Shown one piece after another: positions 9,723 through 18,843 of a stretch of DNA of 64,000 nucleotides (within the stretch, counting starts at the first letter, position 1; every line of letters starts with the position of its first letter). Source of the DNA: Bacillota bacterium (GTDB taxonomy: Bacteria; Bacillota; Clostridia; Acetivibrionales; DTU013); assembly GCA_023435745.1 (NCBI GenBank), contig JAEZMD010000018.1, forward strand, positions 344,090-408,089. The letters are read 5' to 3'. The notes beneath the pieces are model-generated. The model did not search any database and had not been told where the DNA came from. It saw only the letters and a list, made by a program, of their open reading frames with translations. The translations under genes were made by a program, and so were the position numbers.

Positions 9723-10160
9723 ATGATAGAGATTCATAAGGTGAAGGACAAAAAAGAAATGGATTTAATCCATGAGATCAGACGCGAAGTATTCATAAAT
9801 GAGCAGGGCGTTCCTGAAGAATTGGAAATGGATGAATTGGATCAGAAAGCTGTTCATGTTTTAGCTTATGTTGATGGCATGCCTGCCGGCTGCGGCAGAA
9901 TGATAATAGACGGGGATTATGCCAAGCTTGGCAGGGTTGCGGTCAGAAAAAATATGCGAAGAACCGGGATTGGCACAGGAATGTGCAAGCTGCTAATTGC
10001 GTTAGCGGAAGAGAGTCGTATTGATAACATTTATGTCAACGCCCAGCTCACAGCAGAAGATTTCTACACAAGCCTGGGTTTTGAAAGAGAAGGCGATACT
10101 TTTTTCGAAGCAGGTATTAAACATGTAAAAATGGTGAGAGTACTGTCCCATCCGTACTGA
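9723..10160 (+). CDS. GNAT family N-acetyltransferase
   Basis: Contains the acetyl-CoA motif RVAVRKNMRRTGIGTGM (Q/RxxGxG/A). The start is uncertain: the track gives TTG at 9687, and I prefer the ATG at 9723 downstream of AGGAGA. Confidence 0.7.
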   Translation: MIEIHKVKDKKEMDLIHEIRREVFINEQGVPEELEMDELDQKAVHVLAYVDGMPAGCGRMIIDGDYAKLGRVAVRKNMRRTGIGTGMCKLLIALAEESRIDNIYVNAQLTAEDFYTSLGFEREGDTFFEAGIKHVKMVRVLSHPY

Positions 10161-10860
10161 TTGTTACAATATTCCAGGGAATCATTTTTCCGCTGTCTAT
10201 CAATGCATTTTTAACAGCGTTTACTATGCCGCCGCAGCAAGGGACTTCCATACGCAGGACGGTAACGCTTTTAATATTATGGCTTGCAATGATCTGTGCC
10301 AGCTTCTGTGAGTAATCGTCCTCATCAAGTTTTGGACAGCCGATCAAAGTTATTTTACCCTTCATAAAGTCGTTGTGGATGTTTGCATAAGCATATGCCG
10401 TGCAATCTGCCGCAATCAGCAAATGAGCATTTTCAAAATAGGGTGCATTTACCGGGACAAGCGTAATTTGGCAGGGCCATTGGCCTAGCTGTGATTCTGC
10501 CCTTGAGGCAGTTATGCCCGCCGTATTATCATTCTTTTCTTTGCTGATGACGCGTGCACGTGAGCCCGGACATCCACAGCTTTCATGAACTGCCGCGGGT
10601 GTGGGAGCAGGCGTGACAGCGCTTCTTTCTAAGTGTGCATTTACTGCAGCTTCATCGAATTCTGCAGCCTCTCTTTCCTCTATGGTTATTGCACCTGTAG
10701 GACATTCGGGCAGGCAGTTGCCCAACCCGTCACAATAGCTGTCAGAAATGAGCTTTGCCTTTCCGTTCACTAATTGCAATGCGCCTTCGTGACAAGCATT
10801 TATACACAGCCCGCAGCCATTACATTTTTCCTCGTCAATCTTTATTATTTTTCTTATCAT
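10117..10860 (-). CDS. 4Fe-4S ferredoxin-domain protein with a Cys-containing C-terminal domain
   Basis: Contains CNGCGLCINAC and CDGLGNCLPECP cluster motifs, and later GCPKLD and EVPCCGG. I prefer the ATG at 10860 after GGGAGAG. The 3' end overlaps the GNAT gene by 44 nt. Confidence 0.7.
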   Translation of the reverse strand: MIRKIIKIDEEKCNGCGLCINACHEGALQLVNGKAKLISDSYCDGLGNCLPECPTGAITIEEREAAEFDEAAVNAHLERSAVTPAPTPAAVHESCGCPGSRARVISKEKNDNTAGITASRAESQLGQWPCQITLVPVNAPYFENAHLLIAADCTAYAYANIHNDFMKGKITLIGCPKLDEDDYSQKLAQIIASHNIKSVTVLRMEVPCCGGIVNAVKNALIDSGKMIPWNIVTISTDGTVLSPFLHV

Positions 10861-10965
10861 ATCCATCTCTCCCTGCAACATTTTTTACGATGTTTAAATT
10901 GTAGTATAAATATAAACGCAATTCGGTAACCAATGTTACAGATGGATACTAATAAATTCTATTAA

Positions 10966-12810
10966 TCAGGCAGTCTCAATTGGATGAGTCTTAAGCATAG
11001 CTTCTGTCGGCGACATGAAAACCGCTGCTTCGCCATCCTGTTCAAGCTGCATATCGCCGAGTAAACTATCTGCGACTGCCTCGCTGACATTGGTGACGGT
11101 AATCAATAATACAATTTCTTTCTCAGGCTGCAATTCTATATTTAGTATAGGTAATAAAACCTCCTGCTCATCATCCGTGCCTCTTCCATGTATGATTGTA
11201 GCTCCTTTAGCACCTGATTGCCGCGCTACTTCAACGACCTTTTCAGCAAATCCCCTGTTTACAACCACCATAATACAGTCATGCTGTATGTTGATCTCCT
11301 CCGTCAAATGAGAGGTAATAATACTCTTTTTTTCAATTGTAGGATATACAACAACTTTTTTATGTTTAAACACAGTCCCAAGAATCATGATAGAAAGAAC
11401 GGGAGCCATCGCTATCATTGCAATGACACCAAATCCGTCCACCAGCACGTTGGCGGTATCTATAACCGTAGCCGCTCCTTGAGCGAAAGCAAGCACAAAG
11501 GTTGCCGCCATAGGTCCCGAAGCAACTCCGCCTGCATCATAAGCAATCCCCACAAAAACCGGATCTGATCTAAATGAAAGAAATATAGCAGAGGCAAATC
11601 CTGGGAGAAGGAAATACCACAGCTTAACCTCAGGGACGACAATCCTTACCATAGATAAAGCAATTGCCATGCCGACGCCTAAGGAAAGAGTCATTCTTAT
11701 TAAATTAAGAGGTATATGTCCGCTGGTAACTTCTTCAATTTGCTCACCCAGTACATGTACTGCCGGTTCAACAAGCACAACTATAAGGCCCATCAGAAAG
11801 GCTATTCCAATTAATACCCAATGGCCCATTTTAGCAAGTTCCATGCCGATAATTCGCCCCATGTCCATAAATCCGGAGTTTACTGCCGTAAGAAAAATTG
11901 CAAGTCCCAGCAGAGTCAAGGAAAGTCCCTTTATTATTCCGAAAAGCTCATCCTTATGTAATTTAAATTTTCTAAAATTATAAATAAAGAACAAAACTGC
12001 TATGGGCAAAAGTGCGATAAGGGATTCTGTGAAGATTCCCGGGAACGCGTTTATTATCGGCCTGAAAATACCTTCAGCAACAATGTATTCACCAACATCT
12101 CCCTGTATGTTTTTCTGCCCCGAAATGATGGACATAAGCATAACGGCCAGAATAGGTCCTGCACTCATAACACCCACAAGTCCAAAAGAATTCTCCTCCG
12201 AGTTTTTTCCGCCCTTTACTTTGGAAAGCCCCAGTGATATTGCAAGGACGAAGGGAGTTGTAAGGGCGCCTGTGGTTGCGCCTGATGCGTCGAAGGAAAT
12301 AGCAAGAAATTCCTCTGACACAAGAATAGCTAATATAAATAGAATTCCATAGGTTACTGCCATAAATACGTTGTATGACGGTTTATCACGCAGCAGCCTG
12401 AAAACACCAAATGAAATCAAAACTCCAACACCTATAGATACCAGGTATACAATGACAGATGCGCTCAGAGTACCTCCCGAAGCTTCCTCGATCTGGGAGC
12501 CAAGAATAAGTAAATCAGGCTCTGCAACGGTTACGAGAAAGCCCAAAAGGAAACTAAGGATAGCAATTTTAAACGGTGATCTTGAAGTGGCTACTTCCCG
12601 CGACATATGCTCGCCAATTGGGTTCATAGACAAATCTACACCCCATAAAAAAATTGACAGTCCGACTAGGAGCAGCACGCTCCCGACAATAAAACGTACG
12701 ATAATCTCTGATTCAACATCGACAATAGTGAAGCAGAGCGCCAGCACTAATATCATAACCGGCAATAATGTCCGGGCGACTTCTTTTGTTTTGTCTATTA
12801 GCAAAGTCAT
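10966..12810 (-). CDS. Polytopic membrane protein with two DUF1538-like halves and a fused C-terminal PII-like domain
   Basis: About 16 hydrophobic segments fall in two similar halves. The C-terminal ~100 aa (CIMVVVNRGFAEKVVEVARQSGAKGATIIHGRGTDD...EIVLLITV) follow a PII beta-alpha-beta pattern. The ATG at 12810 follows GGAGGTGA and overlaps the upstream stop as ATGA. Confidence 0.7.
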   Translation of the reverse strand: MTLLIDKTKEVARTLLPVMILVLALCFTIVDVESEIIVRFIVGSVLLLVGLSIFLWGVDLSMNPIGEHMSREVATSRSPFKIAILSFLLGFLVTVAEPDLLILGSQIEEASGGTLSASVIVYLVSIGVGVLISFGVFRLLRDKPSYNVFMAVTYGILFILAILVSEEFLAISFDASGATTGALTTPFVLAISLGLSKVKGGKNSEENSFGLVGVMSAGPILAVMLMSIISGQKNIQGDVGEYIVAEGIFRPIINAFPGIFTESLIALLPIAVLFFIYNFRKFKLHKDELFGIIKGLSLTLLGLAIFLTAVNSGFMDMGRIIGMELAKMGHWVLIGIAFLMGLIVVLVEPAVHVLGEQIEEVTSGHIPLNLIRMTLSLGVGMAIALSMVRIVVPEVKLWYFLLPGFASAIFLSFRSDPVFVGIAYDAGGVASGPMAATFVLAFAQGAATVIDTANVLVDGFGVIAMIAMAPVLSIMILGTVFKHKKVVVYPTIEKKSIITSHLTEEINIQHDCIMVVVNRGFAEKVVEVARQSGAKGATIIHGRGTDDEQEVLLPILNIELQPEKEIVLLITVTNVSEAVADSLLGDMQLEQDGEAAVFMSPTEAMLKTHPIETA

Positions 12811-13484
12811 GACGTCACCTCCCTGCACTCCTCAGACCTGTTTTCAAACAGGCCGGTTGCCCGGTTCACAGGAAGAGTAAAGATGATACCGTTCCCGGCT
12901 TTTCCAAGCTCCAAATCATAAAATATCCTTTCCCTGATTGCAGTAGCTTTGTCTTTTGGCGTGATAATAATTACAATATCCTTTTGAGGCTCTATAACCA
13001 ATGGGAAATAAAAATCTGTCGGGATTCCGGCTCCGCGGCCATGGATAAGGGTACCGCCTCTTGCTCCCGCAGCTCTTGCCGCTTTTATGCAATCATTACT
13101 CCGCCCTTTATCCACGATGGTTATTATACAAAAGAATGGGGCGTCGATATCGTCGGGCGGATTTTCTTTTTCTTTTCCAAAGGGCTGCAAAGGCCAACGC
13201 TTGAATGGTATTGAAAAAGCGATTCCTTTGTTTCTCTTGCAGAGCATAAATTCCTCGTTAAGTTTTTCGTGTAAATTATCGCAAAGCGCGTTTGATGAGG
13301 ATATCATAAGAATCTCTTTGTGCATCTCTGTCAGACCCAGCTTATCATAAAGCTTGTTTTGCACTGTGCCTTCGCCAAGGAAGATTGTACCCCCCGTCGC
13401 ACCACATTCTTTTGCTTTACGCAATACAGCATTAGCTTTGCCTCTGCTTACGATAACAAAAAACATTGTGTCTATGTCTATCAC
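12807..13484 (-). CDS. Tandem double PII-like (nitrogen-regulatory-protein-P-II fold) protein
   Basis: Two modules are present: FFVIVSRGKANAVLRKAKECGATGGTIFLGEGT and FFCIITIVDKGRSNDCIKAARAAGARGGTLIHGRGAG. The start is uncertain (GTG at 13484 or ATG at 13466). Confidence 0.65.
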   Translation of the reverse strand: MIDIDTMFFVIVSRGKANAVLRKAKECGATGGTIFLGEGTVQNKLYDKLGLTEMHKEILMISSSNALCDNLHEKLNEEFMLCKRNKGIAFSIPFKRWPLQPFGKEKENPPDDIDAPFFCIITIVDKGRSNDCIKAARAAGARGGTLIHGRGAGIPTDFYFPLVIEPQKDIVIIITPKDKATAIRERIFYDLELGKAGNGIIFTLPVNRATGLFENRSEECREVTS

Positions 13485-13813
13485 TCCCTGATATTTATTT
13501 TTCCGGCTATAAAAAGATTGTTATTTCATGCAAAGATAGAAAATAATCAATGCGATCCGGAGCAAAGACGCCTTTTCCAGACGTGGTTTCAACTCTATAA
13601 TAATAACATAAAATAGCCATGGCGGCAACCGAATCAGGGCATATTTCCTAGACAAGTATAAAAGGTCATGAGAAATCTTAATGCTTGAATTAATAACCAC
13701 AAATCATAAACGTATGAGGTCAGCTTTTCAACAAAGTTGTAGATATGTTGATATCTTTGATGCCCCGTTATATTTTATGAACGATTACTAACGAATATGA
13801 CTGGTATTCCGCC

Positions 13814-15376
13814 TTACTCGCCGCCCTGTCCCGTCGTTCCGGCTGCTTCTACGGGCTTGATGCATTCCAGAGCAGGGCCTTCGATGATGTCGCCTGTGTA
13901 CGTAAATCTGGATCCGTGGCATGGACAGTCCCATGACAACTCAGCAGAGTTCCATTTCAGCTCGCAGCCAATATGTGTGCAGGTGGTGCTGACATAATGC
14001 AGCTCTCCGTTCATGTCTTTGTACATTCCAAGCTTGTATCCATCGACTTCGGTTATTACGGCGTCACCTTTCTCAACATGGTCCGCGCCTTCCGGAATAT
14101 TGAGTTTGCCTGTGATATAATTTTTTGCTACATCAGCATTTTCTACAATAAAATTCTTTGCCGATGACGCAGGTGTGAACCGTGACGGATTGTATACCGG
14201 CTCCCATGGATTTTCTTCCTTCAGGATCAGGTCAGAGATGATCATTGCGGCGGCGGTACCATTGCTCATGCCCCATTTTTCAAAGCCGGTGGCAACATAA
14301 ATCTTGTTTTTTCCAGAAGTCATCTGACCGACTATCGGTATTTCGTCCATTGAAGTGTAATCCTGCGCCGACCATCTGTAAGGTATATCAATAACGTCAA
14401 AATATTGCTGTGCGTAATCCCGTATGATTTCGTAATGTTCATGAAGATTGGCGCCGTGACCGGTTTTATGATTTTCTCCTCCTATCAGCAACAGACTGTC
14501 ATCGCCGGTGGTGTGTAAGCGAAGCGTTCGTGATGGATTTTCTGCGTTGATGTACATCCCTTCAGGAAAACTGCTATTGATGTGCATTCCCAGCAAATAA
14601 GCGCGTTCCGGATACAGTCTGGTGAAGTAAAGACCGGGCTTATCGTAGAAAGGATAGCGCGTAGCCTGGACTACACTGTCTGCCCGTATTTTTTTTCCGC
14701 TGTCAGTTACTACTATATGTGGTTCACCTTCCTCAATATCAACGACACGAGTGTTTTCGAAAATATGGCAGTCCTCTCCTTCAATAGCCGACGCCAGCGC
14801 CAAAAGATATTTGCGGGGATGGAACTGAGCCTGATCAGAGAATTTCACCGCCCCCTTTATTGCAAAAGGGAGATCAAGCTTTTCCACATATTCTGCGGGG
14901 AGCTTTAATTTGATGGCGGCGTTGGTTTCGTCTTCAATTTTTTTAACATAATTATCATCCTGGGTGAATACATAGGCAGGAGTTCTTTGAAAATCGCAAT
15001 TAATGTTTTTATCTTCGATGATATTTGAAATAAGATCTATGGCAGCCTGGTTAGCAAATGCATACTGCTGAGCTTTCTCCTCACCAACTGCATTAATCAT
15101 TTTTGAGTACTTTAATGAGTGCTGGGAAGTTATTTTGGCGGTTGTGTGCCCGGATACCCCTTTAACTATGCGGTTTGAGTCAATGACAGCCACTCGCATT
15201 CCGCTGCTTTTAAGCAGGTATGCGGTGGTCAATCCTGTGATACCCCCGCCGATTATGGCAACATCCACATCAAGGTCATTTTCTACCCTTGGATAATCGG
15301 CATCCGAAGTTGTCGCGATCCAATATGATATTGGCTGGTCAGTTAGTTTGTTCTTATTGCTGAGTTCCTTACTCAT
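13814..15376 (-). CDS. FAD-dependent oxidoreductase with a C-terminal Rieske [2Fe-2S] domain (YhfW-like)
   Basis: Contains the dinucleotide fold VAIIGGGITGLTTA and the Rieske motifs CTHIGCEL and CPCHGSRF. The ATG at 15376 follows GGAGGA. Confidence 0.8.
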   Translation of the reverse strand: MSKELSNKNKLTDQPISYWIATTSDADYPRVENDLDVDVAIIGGGITGLTTAYLLKSSGMRVAVIDSNRIVKGVSGHTTAKITSQHSLKYSKMINAVGEEKAQQYAFANQAAIDLISNIIEDKNINCDFQRTPAYVFTQDDNYVKKIEDETNAAIKLKLPAEYVEKLDLPFAIKGAVKFSDQAQFHPRKYLLALASAIEGEDCHIFENTRVVDIEEGEPHIVVTDSGKKIRADSVVQATRYPFYDKPGLYFTRLYPERAYLLGMHINSSFPEGMYINAENPSRTLRLHTTGDDSLLLIGGENHKTGHGANLHEHYEIIRDYAQQYFDVIDIPYRWSAQDYTSMDEIPIVGQMTSGKNKIYVATGFEKWGMSNGTAAAMIISDLILKEENPWEPVYNPSRFTPASSAKNFIVENADVAKNYITGKLNIPEGADHVEKGDAVITEVDGYKLGMYKDMNGELHYVSTTCTHIGCELKWNSAELSWDCPCHGSRFTYTGDIIEGPALECIKPVEAAGTTGQGGE

Positions 15377-15511
15377 ATAAATTCCTCCATTATATGCACT
15401 TAACAAATTTACTCTTATGATTTGTTAACAAAGAATATTTCATACAGAAAAATCTCCCGGGCATCGAGCCCACTCGATTTTTGTCAGATTCCGCTACGGC
15501 GGAATGGCTAC

Positions 15512-15538
15512 AAAAAAACTGCCCGTTAAGGCAGCTTT
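15512..15538 (-). terminator. Rho-independent terminator after the DUF1189 gene
   Basis: The minus strand reads GCTGCC-TTAAC-GGGCAGT followed by a T7 run. Confidence 0.6.
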
Positions 15539-15569
15539 TATATAGTATCTTGTGAGGCATGTATCCGGC

Positions 15570-16376
15570 TCAGAGAATATTACCCATGTTATCCTGACCG
15601 AACATTTTATCGAGCTCCTTTCGGATGCTCCTGATGGCGCCGTAGACATATACAGAGGCAATAACATAGAATAATATCCATAAAAAGGGTATCGTTACAG
15701 ATGCGATGCTTGGGATCGTACAAATCAGTAAGGGCATTGTCATCGAATAAATACTGATTTTAAATATGTTCTGGTAGCTAAGGTTTGTCTTTAGCGCTGA
15801 ATTAATGGTAAGTCCGATCAGGCTGATGATAAGCGCACTGATGAACTTACCGAAGACAAAACCTACTGCGAGCAGAACAAATACAAATATCCCCACCGGC
15901 TTCATGAGAGGAAGAGTTTGTGCGATACTGTCCCGTGTCAGTTCAAACCCCTGGAATGCACTGAGATTTGTAACTTGCTTGTTCGCATAGTTTTTTTGGA
16001 TAATTTTATCGCTTGTAATCAGCATTACGATATCATATTCGGCAAGTATTTTGTCCTCCGCATTTGGCGAGGTGTCTATCACAATAGGATATGCGCCTTC
16101 ATCCACTACGATCGGCATTTCCCCGCTGACCTGCAATTTACCGCCAGCAAGGGTAAAATCGGGTATCATGGCATCATAGTTGGCGATGAGATCATCGACG
16201 ATCCTGTCATATTGTATCCCAACTGGGATATAAACTGCCAAAGAAAGAAGGAATGAAAGCAACAGCAGGTATACTACTGCCTTACCGACACCCTGCCTGA
16301 GGAAGAGCCCGTACTTGGTGAAACTGGTAATGCTATAGAAGAAACGCGAAAAAATGTTAATTTTAGTCTCGTTCAT
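15570..16376 (-). CDS. DUF1189 (MalA-like) integral membrane protein
   Basis: The N-terminal pattern NIFSRFFYSITSFTKYGLFLRQGVGKAVVYLLLLSFLLSL plus several C-terminal TM segments is typical of DUF1189. Confidence 0.55.
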   Translation of the reverse strand: MNETKINIFSRFFYSITSFTKYGLFLRQGVGKAVVYLLLLSFLLSLAVYIPVGIQYDRIVDDLIANYDAMIPDFTLAGGKLQVSGEMPIVVDEGAYPIVIDTSPNAEDKILAEYDIVMLITSDKIIQKNYANKQVTNLSAFQGFELTRDSIAQTLPLMKPVGIFVFVLLAVGFVFGKFISALIISLIGLTINSALKTNLSYQNIFKISIYSMTMPLLICTIPSIASVTIPFLWILFYVIASVYVYGAIRSIRKELDKMFGQDNMGNIL

Positions 16377-16493
16377 ATTATCTCCTTCATACGAAAAATT
16401 TCCACTCTATTATACACTTATCATATCTGTGAATCAATTTGAAAAAATATCAGAAGTATATTATTATAGATTTTGTTATGATAGGAGGAGCAA

Positions 16494-17675
16494 ATGTCAA
16501 AGATGCATCTGATCGCCACCTGCGTGTTCGGGCTTGAAGCGGTTGTGGCAAGAGAATTGAACTGGCTGGGGTACACGGATCAGCAGGTGGAAAACGGCAG
16601 AGTTACCTTTGCAGGAGATGAACTGGCCATTTGCAGGACAAATATCTGGCTGCGGTGCGCGGAACGTATATTGGTAAAGATAGGAGAGTTCAAGGCACTG
16701 ACCTTTGATGAGCTTTTCGAGGGCACCAAAGCACTGCCGTGGGGGGATTGGCTGCCGGAAAACGCAGAATTTCCTGTGGATGGGAAATCGGTTGATTCAA
16801 AGCTCGCAAGCATCCCGGATTGCCAGGCAATTGTCAAGAAGGCGATCGTGGAAAAAATGAAGCTCAAGTATAAAAAACAGTGGTTTGAGGAAAAAGGCCC
16901 GTTGTACAGAATTGAGGTTGGGTTGCTGAAGGATATGGCGACCCTAACAATTGATACCACCGGCATGGGCTTGCATAAGCGTGGTTACAGAACCCTCGTT
17001 TCAGGTGCTCCATTGAAGGAAACGCTGGCGGCTGCCATGCTGATGATCAGCAGATGGAAGCCCGACAGGGCTCTGATCGATCCTTTCTGTGGATCAGGTA
17101 CGATCCCAATTGAAGCGGCTTTGATTGCGGGAAATATTGCGCCCGGCGCCAAACGAAGCTTTTCTGCAGAAGCCTGGCGACAGACACCGTCCGAGCTCTG
17201 GAAAATTGCACGAGAGGAAGCGGCGGACAAGATGAAAAAGGTCCCTGACCTGAGAATACATGGCTCGGATATCGATGAGGAAGTCATCAGTCTTGCTCGT
17301 TACCATGCGACGCAGGCAGGGGTGGCACAGGATATCCATCTACAGCGTCTTCCGCTCTCTGATATCAGTTCAAGATATAAGTATGGCTTTATCATATGCA
17401 ATCCGCCTTATGGAGAACGGCTTGGAGAGATGCCTGAGGTAGAGAGACTCTACAGGGAAATGGGGAGCACATTCAAAAAATTAGACACCTGGTCATTCTA
17501 TGTCATTACGTCACATCCGCGATTTGAAGCGCTGTTTGGGCGAAAAGCGGACAAAAAGCGCAAGCTGTACAATGGCAGGATCATGTGCAACTACTTTCAG
17601 TTTTACGGTCCTCCGCCGCCAAGACCGGTTTTTCGGCATCCTGATTCCGATAACGCGGAGGACGGCCTCGCATAA
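16494..17675 (+). CDS. THUMP-domain class I SAM-dependent RNA methyltransferase (YpsC/RlmL-like)
   Basis: An N-terminal THUMP-like region is followed by DPFCGSGTIPIEAA (motif I) and ICNPPYGERLG (motif IV, NPPY). Confidence 0.8.
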   Translation: MSKMHLIATCVFGLEAVVARELNWLGYTDQQVENGRVTFAGDELAICRTNIWLRCAERILVKIGEFKALTFDELFEGTKALPWGDWLPENAEFPVDGKSVDSKLASIPDCQAIVKKAIVEKMKLKYKKQWFEEKGPLYRIEVGLLKDMATLTIDTTGMGLHKRGYRTLVSGAPLKETLAAAMLMISRWKPDRALIDPFCGSGTIPIEAALIAGNIAPGAKRSFSAEAWRQTPSELWKIAREEAADKMKKVPDLRIHGSDIDEEVISLARYHATQAGVAQDIHLQRLPLSDISSRYKYGFIICNPPYGERLGEMPEVERLYREMGSTFKKLDTWSFYVITSHPRFEALFGRKADKKRKLYNGRIMCNYFQFYGPPPPRPVFRHPDSDNAEDGLA

Positions 17676-17731
17676 AATGTGCCTCAAAGTTAATAGTCAT
17701 ACCCGGATTGTCAGGGGGCAGGTAAATGAAT

Positions 17732-17782
17732 AAAAAAGTGGTATTAGTCCGATTTGTCGCTATCAGGCTATACCACTTTTTT
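17732..17782. terminator. Bidirectional terminator between convergent genes
   Basis: AAAAAAGTGGTA (17732-17743) pairs with TACCACTTTTTT (17771-17782), giving A- and T-runs on both sides. Confidence 0.6.
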
Positions 17783-17808
17783 GATTATCGCTGTTTTTAA
17801 CCGGTATC

Positions 17809-18558
17809 CTATTCTTGTCCTTCTTCTTCTTCTTCTTCTTCTTCTTCTTCTTCTTCCTCTACTTCTTCTTCGTCAAATGCTTCTTTTGCTTCTTCCTGAT
17901 CATCGTCTACAAATACTGCTTTTGTATCCGGATCATAGTCGACTTTCATTCCAAATATCTCCGCAAGAAATCTTATCGGAACCATGGTTCTGTTGTTTAC
18001 AATATGCGGCTTCACATCGAGCTCAACCGGTACCGGCTCCGCGCCATCCACTGACTTTGTAATGACACCGGTCTCCAGGTCGATTACTGCTGTGATCATC
18101 TGACCGTCTACGGTTTTCGTTATTGTGACTATATTTGGAGTACCAGACTCCCATTCCACTTTGGCGCCCAGTGCAGCCGTTACTGCTCTTACAGGTATTA
18201 AAGTTCTGCCCTGCTTGATGACCGGAGGTACATCGAATTTCACCAACTCATTGTTTACAAGAACGGGAATCGTTTCATCACCGTTACAACGCCGCAGATC
18301 AACCAGTTTCTTCAAAAGATACTTCCTGATTGTCTTATCTTTGTGATTTTCCCTGATCTGTTCTTCTAATCCATCGATGGTTTCTTCCGGGACGATGGTT
18401 ACTGGTGACCCGGCAGTGCTTGTCGTCTCAACAGCTTCCATAACAGGACCTTTAGATTTACCATTTTCAATGTCATTCGGATCCTTCTTTGCACTGACTG
18501 CAATAGCTGAACTAAATAGTATTGTAGCTGTCAATAATACTGAAATTACTTTTTTCAT
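17809..18558 (-). CDS. Secreted copper-amine-oxidase-N-terminal-like (stalk) domain protein with a poly-Glu C-terminal tail
   Basis: Signal peptide is MKKVISVLLTATILFSSAIAVSA. It contains the RTLIPVRAVTAALGAKVEW and RTMVPIRFLAEIFGMKVDY repeats and ends in EEEVEEEEEEEEEEEEEGQE. Confidence 0.7.
   Translation of the reverse strand: MKKVISVLLTATILFSSAIAVSAKKDPNDIENGKSKGPVMEAVETTSTAGSPVTIVPEETIDGLEEQIRENHKDKTIRKYLLKKLVDLRRCNGDETIPVLVNNELVKFDVPPVIKQGRTLIPVRAVTAALGAKVEWESGTPNIVTITKTVDGQMITAVIDLETGVITKSVDGAEPVPVELDVKPHIVNNRTMVPIRFLAEIFGMKVDYDPDTKAVFVDDDQEEAKEAFDEEEVEEEEEEEEEEEEEGQE
17820..17855. repeat. Perfect trinucleotide repeat (CTT)12, read as GAA codons on the coding strand
   Basis: Counted directly: 12 uninterrupted CTT units, followed by CCTCTACTTCTTCTTC. 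Confidence 0.95.
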
Positions 18559-18748
18559 CTTATTATACCTCCTGCCAAATGTTATTTGTATTTGTGTAAT
18601 AACTATTCGATAAGGAAAACGGTTTTTTTTTGGGAGAATTAATCAAATTAGCATAAAATAAGTCGATAGTCCCAGCTTTATGAATCTAAAGACCTATCAT
18701 GAGACAACAATGTATTTTATGCCAGGGTAATGACTGGAACAAAAAGGT

Positions 18749-18778
18749 TTGACGAACAATACTGTCGTATATTAATAT
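18749..18778 (+). promoter_or_regulatory. Sigma-A-like promoter of the aro operon
   Basis: TTGACG (18749-18754), an 18-nt spacer, then TAATAT (18773-18778). Confidence 0.45.
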
Positions 18779-18843
18779 ATAACTAATCTATGGCAGGTTT
18801 ATGTATTTGCAGCATCATGCAGAATGGTAGGAAGGGTTAAAAT

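Noticed and set aside
11015-12880. A series of 100-170-aa plus-strand ORFs antisense to the DUF1538 gene
   Set aside because: They are Ser/Thr/Pro-rich shadows of a hydrophobic membrane-protein gene and have no RBS.
13485-13813. Possible riboswitch in the 330-nt region upstream of the PII/DUF1538 operon
   Set aside because: I read the minus strand for c-di-AMP (ydaO), guanidine and other familiar motifs, and for terminator/antiterminator pairs. I found only weak 5-bp hairpins. A covariance-model scan is still worthwhile.
17754-18062. Poly-Leu and poly-Phe ORFs (17754..18062 and 17815..18054)
   Set aside because: These are alternative-strand and alternative-frame readings of the (CTT)n tract. 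The real gene is the minus-strand poly-Glu wall protein, which has a signal peptide and recognisable domains.
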